From Macrostomum hystrix (taxonomy: Eukaryota; Animalia; Platyhelminthes), in NCBI GenBank assembly GCA_950097015.1, contig CATNEN010000002.1:9345681-9409680 (forward strand): 64,000 bases of DNA. The letters run 5' to 3'. Positions within the stretch are counted from its first letter, which is position 1; every line of letters begins with the position of its first letter. The notes below the pieces were generated by a model. That model was given only the letters and a program-made list of their open reading frames with translations. It did not search any database and had not been told where the DNA came from. A program made the position numbers and the translations under genes. This document shows positions 39,009-49,307 of the stretch, in pieces.

Positions 39009-42000
39009 ATGCGGCATCGGAAACTACCACTGCTGCTGCTGCTGCTGGCTGGGTGTACAGTCGCCTGTTCCGGCCTGCTGTTCCTGCTACGTAAGCGGCT
39101 GCGCCCAGCTCCAGACCTGCCACCGCGGCCGAAGATTTTCTGTCTGATCTTGGCAGCTTTGGAGCAACTCGACAGCCGAGCTGCGGCCGTCACCAGACCT
39201 GGGCTCAGCGATGCGACGGCTGGCTCTTTGTTGTCAGTGGCTCGGAGCCCACCAGCGTGACAGTCAGAAGCCGCAGCTTCCTGCCGCTGCTGGGTCAGTG
39301 GTCCTGTGTGCTGTGCTGAAGGAGAAGGGGGCTAGCAGAGGGTCCCCAAGGACGAGTCGCAAAAGTCGCAAAAGTTCTAAAATAGAAACTGAGTCATGCA
39401 AACAAGCGAGAGCTAAAAATAGCAACAGCGTCATAGGCTTACTATTAGAGGTGATTTTGCGAGGCACCCCCAAGTTCAAAGATGCTACACGCGGGACACT
39501 GGTACAAATTGCACCCAGTTGTGATTGCACTGACGGCAGTCTCATCCACCTAAATTTCTAGCACTAGCTTATACTGGCACCTACTGCTCAGCAAAGTTAA
39601 TTGAAGCACTTTTAAATTAGATGTCTTGCTCAAAGACAAACTGTTTCCCATAGGCTCAGCTTCGAACTCCCGACCTCTCGCTCAGAAATGCAAAGCTCTC
39701 CAAAGCAAAATTTCAACTCTTTCGTCCACACTCAGAAGTGGCAGCTCCCGAAGGCCGCGATCACCTGTGGCAGAAGGTGCGACTGGCCTTTCAATTCGCC
39801 AACGCCCACCTGTTGGCGAACTTTGATTATTTTCTCAAAGCCGACGATGACACCTTCGTGATTCTGGCCAATCTACGTCGCTTCCTGCAGAGTCCCAGGC
39901 CGGCCCACGGCAGACTCGGCCTGGTGGACGGGACGCGCCCTGCGAGTGCGCCTTGGCACGCAGCGGCGGCACTGGTGGCAGCGCTACATGTCCGGCGGTG
40001 CGGCCTACGTGCTCTCGCGCGGCGCTGTTCAAAGACTGGCGGCCGGGCTGGGAACTGCGGACCGGTGACCTCGGAGGATGTCAACATGGGTGAGTGGAGC
40101 CTTCAGAGCTGGTTTTCTAAATGTGCAAATACTGCGCAAGAAGAAGGACGCAGGGGAGGGTGAGTGGCAGGGCGGCCCACGCGTTTGTCTCTGGCACCAA
40201 GGTCCCTGAGCTCGATTCCGTGGCGAGGCCACATTCATTTAGGGCGCAGCCGCGGAGAGAAGGCTTGGAGGCATGTCGTGCAATTTACGCTCTTGAAGGC
40301 CAGCCTCCAGTGAGAGGTGAACGCTGCCGGACGATGAGAAAGTCAGGGCAGATGTACACACCTGTGTGAGTGTGCGCCTGTGTACGGTATCTGTTTGCGA
40401 GTGTGCTCAAAGTCAGCGAAATGAGCAGATTTGCATCCTCGCTGGCTGCGGTCTGCTGTCACCAAATGATGTGCCAGTACCCACAGTCGTGAAAATTTTA
40501 CAAGCTATTCATATTTTAATTTTAATTTAACACCGCCTTCTGATTGATTCGCCAATCACCTTGCAGTCTCTTTCTCTTGCCCTCAGTGGCGCATTCTCTT
40601 TTTATCACATCGCCAACCCCCTCCAGTCAGTACGACTTAGCTCGTAACAATCTATCAATATATCAATATATTCGACAACGAATCTTCTCTTCTCGATTAT
40701 TGATTAGCAAACCAGGAACGAGATATGATATCTCCTCATATTTTCTCAGTTGTGTCAACAGGGCTATTGCTGCACCGAGTTCATAAAATCAGCATCTCGA
40801 TTTCTTTTAGCGAGTAGAAGTATCCGTAGTTCAAATTCCAGATAAGGCCATGGGCCTTGGGTCCACTGAGTGCATTGCTGAAATTCTTGAAAACTCCATT
40901 AGGATGTGTTTTGAAGCAATTTGCGAACCACCAGGCACCTGCATAGCTTTTGGCACAGTTTCCCGGAGAGATATCATTGTCTTTATCCATAGTCGAAAAC
41001 TGGTAGCCATTGTTCGCTCTCATCGAGTCGCTGACTCCCTCGCTGGCGGAGAAGCCGCTCACACTCAGGCGGTACAGGTCGCTCTCCGGGCCAACCCTGA
41101 AGTTTTTGTAGTGCGCCCAGCTCTGTGTGCCATTCCACAGCCGCATGAGGAAGAGCAGCTGCCTTCCCGGCCCGCTTGACGTCAGGGAGTGCAGGTTGTT
41201 GAGGCTAATTTGCCGGAAGGTCAATCGAAGTTTCTTATGGTTTTGAAGTACTAGATCGCAATTTAATTATAGGATACATATTCAAGGACACAGTATCGAG
41301 CAGACCTATCCAGTAGTTTCCATCTGGTCCATCGCCGAACTTATTCTGGTACTGGCTCCAGCCGACGTAGAAGCTCACGGATCCAGACACTGTGCTGCAC
41401 TGTGGTCCAACAGTCATTGTTATAAGTCTGCAAAATGAGGGGTTGCAAAATTAACTTTATGGGAGCTGACTCGCAGAGCGGCAACTTAAGCGAGATTTCA
41501 TTAGTTTAGGGCGCAACCGCGAATAGAGAAAGCACATGGCAACTTATCGAAAAATATAGAAAGTTGCAGTTGTTGATAAAATCTTTAAATAGGGGCTGAA
41601 AGTAATTGAAGCTTAACTCAGACTCATCACCAACTTAAGTCATCGTAACCTTCTTATCGTTCATCGTAACCTTCTTATCGTTCATCGTAACCTTCTTATC
41701 GTTCATCGTAACCTTCTTATCGTTCATCGTAACCTTCTTATCGTTCATCGTAACCTTCTTATCGTTCATCGTAACCTTCTTATCGTTCATCGTAACCTTC
41801 TTATCGTTCATCGTAACCTTCTTATCGTTCATCGTAACCTTCTTATCGTTCATCGTAACCTTCTTATCGTTCATCGTAACCTTCTTATCGTTCATCGTAA
41901 CCTTCTTATCGTTCATCGTAACCTTCTTATCGTTCATCGTAACCTTCTTATCGTTCATCGTAACCTTCTTATCGTTCATCGTAACCTTCTAATCGTTCAT

Positions 42001-44430
42001 CGTAACCTTCTTATCGTTCATCGTAACCTTCTTATCGTTCTTTTAACTCTCAAACTGGGGAATGGCGGGTATCTGACGCGCGTCGGTATATGCTCAAAGT
42101 CGGCTCAAGTAAAGATGACTCAAAGTCATCATGCTCAGCAGTCCGCTCACCCAGACAAGCCGGTCTCCCACAGTGCGGCACTTCCTGCAGTGCCCGAGGC
42201 CTAGCTGGCAGCGGAACTCCGTGCACCGGCCCAAGCTGGCGTTGAAGTCCACCAGCTGCACGGCGGGGTCCCTGCTATCGGCTCCGGTGCAGAGCACCCT
42301 CGACTGAGCCGAGTAGGACCCCGCCACTTCGTAGTCGGCGAGGCTCTCGAGGCTCAATCGCCACTGGCGCTCAGATGAGGCAGCATGGGCAGGTGTGAGA
42401 CACGGCAATGCCACAATTAGCAGCTGCAGAATCATTGAGGCCGCACAGTCGTGTGTCGCCTGCAGATTCGGTCGCGAGACAGAAAGACCGAGAATCCTAA
42501 ATCAAACGGCTTTATCCCAGGTCACGCCCTGCAGCAGCGTCCCCAATTGTTGGTCTGACTGAGCAGCGGAAGCAACAGACAGATGAAGTATCCGTGCACA
42601 GCGGCGCTTGAGAAACTGTTGCGCATCCGTTGTGTGACTTCTAGCTCATGACAGTTTCCGAGTTAGAGACAGCGCCAGTCGAACCAGCAAGCGGTAAAGG
42701 TTACATTGCTCCCGACAATTATGCTGCGGTGAAATGGATTCCACAGGCTCACTGCACTGTCAACAGCAACATTTTTGTATTCAAGGAAACAACTATCGCA
42801 TAATTTAGCGCTATTGTCAGTCCGAGCTCACCCTTTGCCTCGAAATGCTTGAGTCCACTGTCAGTCAATGAGGCAGTAATAAAAAAATATTTTGCAGGCG
42901 GGCTGTGGGCACTGGCACATCATTTGGTGATCCGCAGCCAGCGAAGAGGCGATTCTGCCCATTTCGTTGACTCCTGAGCACACACGCATGTTGGTGGGTA
43001 CATCTGGCCTGGACTTTCTAATTCATCATTTGGTGATCGTAAAACCCTTACCCTCCTCAAATTTTAGTTCTCTCTTAATCCATGGCATCTACTCTCATTC
43101 AGTCTTGCTAGCTCGACCACACTGCCATGAAATTATTGACAAACTACCCGCTTAAGTGGCATGGACGAACTTTTTACTAGCGACGAATCGACGAGATCAG
43201 CAGCTTCCAACCTCAGGAGATTTTATGGCTGAGGAGTGAGCGGTATAACAGGAAAGTTTTGTCTTCCTGTTACCTTCTGCCACAGCAACAGAGAGATAAA
43301 CGCTCCACGGGCCAGAGGCCCGTTTCTGTGTGGACTCCGGAGTCCCATGAAAAGCAGCAGCGAAGCTCTGCCTCTCGCTTCCAGTGTATTTAATTCAAGC
43401 AGCGCGCACAACAGAGGCAGAATGGGGAGAGAGGAGAAACGCTGGGAGATTGCTAACACAGGGGCAGCTGTTTCTTTGTCCCACACGCACACGCTCCCCA
43501 GCGAACGCTCGCCGAACTTCTTCCTCATATTCCTGGGCCGTATCGATCCACGGACGCCTCGTCGTGTACGCGAATCATTGAGCCATGCAAATACAATGTT
43601 CTGAAGCGTATTTGCAAGGCTTACAAGCGGCAGAGCGGTCTAACAGCAGCTTCCAACCTCAGGAGATTTTATGGCTGAGGAGTGAGCGGCAGAGCGGTCT
43701 AACGCACCAAGGTCCCTAAACTCGATTCCGCGGCGACGCCACATTCATTTGGGGCGCAGCCGCGGAGAGAGAGAGGGTTTGTGGGGCTTGCCAAGGCACA
43801 GTGAGAGTGTACACTGCCTGACGATAAGAATTCAGGGCAGATATCACACCTGTGTGAGCGTGTGCCTGCGTACGGTGTCTGTGTGCGTGTGTGCTGATGA
43901 TTCAGAGAAGTGAGCAGAATTGCCTCCTCGCTGTCTGCGGGCCTACCGTCACCAAATGATGTGCCATTGCCCGCAGTATGGCTGAGCCAGCAAAATCCTA
44001 CTCAGTCGCGCAAATCTTTGCCAGGCGCCTGCATGGAGCGGTCGGGCGTCGAGTTCGTGGACTCCTTCGACCCCGGCAGGGACGGTGGCGAGCGATTCCC
44101 CCCCTGAGCGTGGCCAGCCACCTGGACTTTGGCAAGTGGCCAACCACCCACTGGCTGTGGCACTACAGCCTGCGGCCTGTGCAGTCCGTGAGTTCTTCTC
44201 ATTGGCAGTTGTGGGCTGGGGAGATCGCAATCAGTAATACTCAGTGCGAGCTCCCCTCGTCACTCCGCCTCACCAGGGCCAGCGCTGCTGCAGCAGCTCG
44301 TCGATCTCATTTCACAATGTCTCGCCGGAGGAGATGCGCAGTTTTCACTTCCTGCTCAGCCGGCTGCGGGTCGATGTGAGGCGGGCCGTCCTCAGCCGCA
44401 GGGTCGCCAGGATAAATGAGACCCGGACGT
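39009..44430 (+). CDS. C1GALT1: Core 1 beta-1,3-galactosyltransferase-like (GT31), type II membrane protein; stop position uncertain
   Basis: Exons ~39009-39290, ~39737-40089, 44025-44187 and 44277-~44430. N-terminal TM segment, then [42 protein letters not shown]|ACM...GERF and [17 protein letters not shown]. Splice phases agree across the 40090-44024 and 44188-44276 introns. Confidence 0.9.
40190..40490 (+). mobile_element. SINE-like interspersed repeat, family B
   Basis: ggtccctgagctcgattccg...ccacattcatt.gggcgcagccgcggagag...cagggcagat...cacctgtgtgag...caccaaatgatgtgcc recurs at 43686, 46303, 42895(-), 58268(-) and 59250(-). Confidence 0.8.
40781..42435 (-). CDS. Secreted protein with PAN/apple-like N-terminus and fibrinogen C-terminal (FReD) domain, nested in the C1GALT1 intron
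   Basis: Signal peptide [18 protein letters not shown]. Exons 42435-42151, 41427-~41306 and ~41206-40781. FReD motifs [56 protein letters not shown] and SLKEIEMLI. Confidence 0.9.
41640..42040 (+). repeat. Near-perfect 21-bp minisatellite, ~19 copies, in intron 1 of the FReD gene
   Basis: Unit tcatcgtaaccttcttatcgt. Confidence 0.97.
43198..43689 (+). repeat. Pair of identical 46-bp direct repeats (43198-43243 and 43644-43689) flanking ~400 bp
   Basis: cagcagcttccaacctcaggagattttatggctgaggagtgagcgg occurs twice. Confidence 0.9.
43686..43985 (+). mobile_element. SINE-like interspersed repeat, family B
   Basis: ggcagagcggtctaac head, ctcgattccgcgg, and the same body and tail as 40190. Confidence 0.8.
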
Positions 44431-44962
44431 TGCCACCTTGCACCTTGAGTGCGACATTTCTGCCCATGCTTTTGTCTATCACTATAAACAGACACACGTT
44501 TTATCGGTTACCTGTGCCAATCGGTTTTATAAATGAAGTCGAAACGATATTATACACTATATGCTCAAGAACTGTACGCATGCTTTTGTTCATCAAGCGA
44601 GTTTTTAGCCTATTGTTTGGGGCTCCGGATTTGTCGCCGATGAGTCGGGACTTCAATCTGAAGCTCAATAAGTTTGTATCCTTGAGCACGGAACACAAAA
44701 CAATGAGTTTTGAACTTAAACAAGTCCATGGACTGAACAGCTATTCACAGCCGTTGAATGCGCACTGAAGCAGCAGTTGTACGAGTATTTGAACTCATAA
44801 AGTTCCAGAGATGCTGCTCATACTCTATCTATTTATCAGTAAATGTTATTTTTTTAATTCGAGTGAAACAGGAAATCATCGATGATAAAGGGACTATTTA
44901 TGTTAAACTGTCAGTAAATTGCAAAATTTTAAAACCGAAAGTTGCTCTAAGAAGGAAGCATT

Positions 44963-47069
44963 TTGTCACACTGGATGATGTTTGTCCCAAATCCAACACA
45001 AGCTGCTCATAGCACTGCCATATCCTCTGCTTCTGCCCCAGGAAAACCGTTTCCTGGTGTTAATTGCTTCGGTAACATGCTCAACCTGCTGCAGAGGGAG
45101 CTGCAGTTCCAGTACCGGATCTCCCTGGTCGCAGACGGGATTTTCGGCTCCCGAGTTGGAACCAACAGCTGGAACGGCATGATCGGTCAGATCGTCACTC
45201 TGGTATTTTTGGCCTTGTGAGCCTTCCATTGGAGTGGCTCAATCTGAGTCTGTGTGTCTCGATTCACTGCAGTTTTTAACAATGGTTTGCATCGACAGCT
45301 AACTTGTGAATGAGTTTATCAGCCGCTGATGATCGGCTTTTCATGCCTTGCAAATCAGCCAGTTTTAACTACGAGTTATCCGTTCATGCATCCGTTCGCA
45401 TTCTGGTCCTGGCTTGGTGGCTTTTCGCCCTCGCTACGGCCTGTTGCTACACGGCCTGTCTGGCTTCCCGACTAATGTTCAGCGAGCCGGTCGAATCCCG
45501 AAAGTACAGCAGCCTACGTGAGGTGCTGGAGCAGTCGACCGTGCCCTTACTCATTATCAGAGGGGCACGACTAGCAAATGGACAAGCGTGAGTGACACGA
45601 AAGGCAAATCAATGCTTTGAAAAGTTTTGCTAGCGATGATGAAGTAGAAAATGGCGATGAGTTTCTTAAACATATGGTCGCATTGAATGATTTTTATTGC
45701 ATCACCCATAGACAGTTGAAGCAAGCAACAATTATTTAGTCTGAGCGTGCAGCAATGCTCCAACAGTCTATGGCCAAAGTTATCGGCACAGTAAACACAG
45801 TAATCCACATCTAGGGACACAGGGCTGAGCCTCATACACAAGTTATTTCTCGAGAAGTTCATATGTAAAAGAATGTCAGAAAAACAATTTCAGACTTCAA
45901 ACCAGCCCGACCTCAGAAGGCTGGGTGAGTTGGCGATGTCAAGACCCGAGAGCGTGGTGAATACGAGCTCGTAGCAGCTTCGAGGCCGTGACGAAGGTGA
46001 AGCACGATGACTATATTTTATTGCGAGCAGGGCTCCACCGAATACATCGCTGCAATGGAGTGCGACCTGGAGTCAGTGCCCACCGGACTGCTGACCCGAG
46101 ACTACGGACTGGCCATTGCAAAGGCTGAGAGTCATAGCTTGTTGAAATATAAGCAAGCATTCTATAAAATCGCGTCCATTACAATAAAATTATTTCTCAT
46201 GCCTAAATGCAACTAATGTCTCTGCTTTGTGATGACCGATTCATAAGAATTATTAATCAAATTTTTTTATTCATGTCGACTTGTCATGGAAATTTTATCC
46301 GTTAGGGCCAACACTCAAGGCACAGGGAGAGAGCACACAGCCTGGTGTTGAGAAAGTCTGGGCAGAGGTACACCTGCGTGTGTGCGTGTGAGTGCCTGTG
46401 TAACACTCTGAATAAGCTGAGGGGCCAGTGGAATGGGCAGAAATATTTCCTTGCTGATTGCGGGTCGACTGTCGCCAAACGTTTCGGCAATGCCAGCAGA
46501 ACAGCCCTAAATAATATTATATAAAGACGCATGCTTGGCCAACTGGGGCCGTACGTTTTCTTCGCACCACACTAAACTACTCTCGTGCGGACTTCATACT
46601 TTACAGCTAAGGTGTTGGCACCTGCCGCCCGCAGGCTCCCCGTTGAAGCAGCCTCTGGACGCGGCGATAATTTAACTAAAGACGAATGGCGACCTCGACA
46701 ACGCGATAGCGCGCTGGTTTAGAAAATCCTTCTGGTATTGTGCGCCCAAGCAGCAGCGCAGCCCAGCGCCAAGGTCGCTCAGACCAGGCGATCTGCTCGG
46801 CATTTTTCTGCTGCTGCTTTTTGCTGCTCTTGTGCCAGCCGCAACCGCGCTGGTTGAGCTGCGATTCCGTGCCAGCGGCCCGCGGGTAAGTCGTGTTGCT
46901 TCTGTTGGGAAGATCAACAATTCGATATGCGGGGTGTGCAGATAAATTCAGATAATATTTTGTGCACTTGACAAACCATGCAATTCATTCAGGCTGAGTC
47001 AACACCACCACAGCAGGAACTCGCCACCGTTACGACGGATGGAACAGCCGGACAGCCCTCAGTGTGATT
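44963..47069 (+). CDS. Ionotropic glutamate receptor / IR-like gene; appears defective (M1 and pore segment not found, in-frame stop); 5' end unresolved
   Basis: S1 motif MLNLLQRELQFQYRISLVADGIFG...WNGMIGQI. M3 SVRILVLAWWLFAL...YTACLASRL. S2 EYIAAMECDL...RDYGLAIAK|GSPLKQPLDAAII. M4 LRPGDLLGIFLLLL. TAA at 46673-46675 interrupts an otherwise continuous frame. Confidence 0.82.
46303..46500 (+). mobile_element. SINE family B, 3' portion, in an iGluR-like intron
   Basis: ggccaacactcaaggcacag...gagaaagtctgggcagaggtacacctgcgtgtgtg matches the family B body. Confidence 0.65.
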
Positions 47070-48592
47070 ACGAGCGTATGTTCTTTGCCTTGTTTAAACA
47101 AAAAAATAATTTTCTACATTGCCTACACAATGCATACATTTGCAAGCATAACACTAAGAACATTTGTGCATTATGTACGTAAAAAGTAAACTGAGTTATT
47201 TTTTCTTTTTGTAAAATTGAGCTGTAGACATGCACTAGTACAGCATTGTCCGTATAACAAAATAGCTAGCTTTTGCATGCATCTACATCAAACAAATTAC
47301 TTATAAACTAGGTAGGACATCTAGAATACTAGTACTCTATAATAGTGGTACTAGTATAGAAAGATTAGTATTCTAGAAATATAAAAAGTCCTTGAAACTA
47401 AGGTTTCATAGCTTGCCTATTGTGCTTTTTAAGTATTGTTACACTTACACACCGTCAATACGATTGAAAATGTATCGGCTTTCAATAAGAATCGATTTAA
47501 AACAAACGGATACTCTATTTTACTTTAAACTATCAACTGCTAGTGAAGAATTAGACGTTTTTTACGAAATGCTTACTAGTTTTCTCAGTTTAACTTAAAA
47601 TAATTATAGATAGCGCGAAGAGGTCTGATCATTATTAAAAAATGAACCGTAATTTGCACGTGTGCAGTCAGAGTGCATAAGTTACTCTCGAGCTTACGCT
47701 TGATATAAATATGCAATTTTCTATGCTTAACATTCGTCAGGATGTCAGGTACCCTTCGTCAGGTACCCTTCATTCGAAATACTGATTTTAATACGTTGTT
47801 TATGCTATTAGTTCTTTGCATAGAGTTTTACTTGGAATACATTTTGCCACTATTTGTTACTGTTGACTTGTTAACTGGCTTTTATTTTATCTCTGCAAAT
47901 GAAGAGAGTCATTGCTATATCAATCTAAGCTGAATATTGCATATACAGCCTAATGCTGTTTTTAATAGGTATGATGTAGTTAGCTATTGTTAAAAGTTTT
48001 TATTTATTGTGATAGCTGTATAAGACAGTCAAGTGGTCCCTAAAGCAAGGTTTTAATGATATTTCTCTTTATAAAGGTTCTCTTTCATGATATAGTTTTA
48101 CTTTAGTTTCACTTTTATATTATAATGTGATTGTAATTTACCTATATGTTTATAATGTTATTTTGGCTTTTATATTGTTAGCCATTACAATATTCAAACT
48201 CTACAGTAGTAGGCCCTACTCAGTAGTGCAGTACTACAGTAGGCCTAGTAGTTATTTATGGCTAGCAAATTATTATTTAAACTATTGGCCCTACTGGACT
48301 TTATTCTCTATGATATATTATACTGCAAAAAACTAAAAATGTCAAGTACAATTGTTGTTAACTCAGTGCTACATTTAAACATATGCTTGCCTAGGTAGTT
48401 GTTTTTCTAGCCTACCTGTCTAGCCTACCTACCTAAAGAATGGTCTTTTAAAATATGCTATAAAATAGCTTCAGAGTGTTTTCTAACTTTTATCATATTA
48501 TATTACTAGTGTATTTTATATAGTAAGATTAATATAGAGCCCTTTAACTAGATATAAGTGGTTTGTTAGTGATATTAGTAATATAAGAAGCT

Positions 48593-48745
48593 GTAGCCCT
48601 GTGGTTAGAGTGTCAGACTCACGACTTAAAGGTGGGTTTGATTCCTCGCTCTACTGGAACAATTTGTGTCTTTTAGCAAGACACTTAACTCTGCATTGCT
48701 TCAGTTCACCCAGCTGTTAAATGGGTACCAGCATTAGCTAGGATA
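48593..48745 (+). mobile_element. tRNA-derived SINE, family A-like
   Basis: gtagccctgtggttagagtgtcagactc...ggtttgattcc head, then agcaagacacttaac...cttcagttcacccagctgttaaatgggtaccagcatt. Confidence 0.75.
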
Positions 48746-49307
48746 ATTGAAGGTGGGTGTGGCATCTCCCAGTCCATGGACTGATCAGCCATATGCAGCC
48801 TTCAGATGCACCACACAATAGCTGCAGCTGTGCTGTTGGCTGTGCACATCTGGCCCAATTGGACATGTGTAATCAATTATTAATTAATTAATTATTAGTG
48901 AAATTAGTTATAAAGCCATATATATAGAGCATCAAGCCATTTTTTTCCTGACCAGTTGACCTAGTCTTTGTTAATATCTAACTCTTAATTTTAAGCTTAT
49001 ATTTGTTTTATTTGTCTTAACACACAGACTATGTAATATTAATGATGATAATTGAAACACAAAGTTTCAATCAGAAAGCTTTTCTGATAATGTACATATG
49101 CTTGTATATAAACAGTTTCAATAGTCTACTTGTACAATACACATGTACATCAACATTTTTAGTGAGTGATATTTCTTCAGGCTTATCTTTCCATACTGTG
49201 TGCATAGCTTCCATTAACAATTTAGGTTATTATTAGTTTTGTTACATGGATGATGGAAATCACGTGATTTTCAATTCTGAGCTCTTGGTCTCAGCTGGGA
49301 TAGAGAC

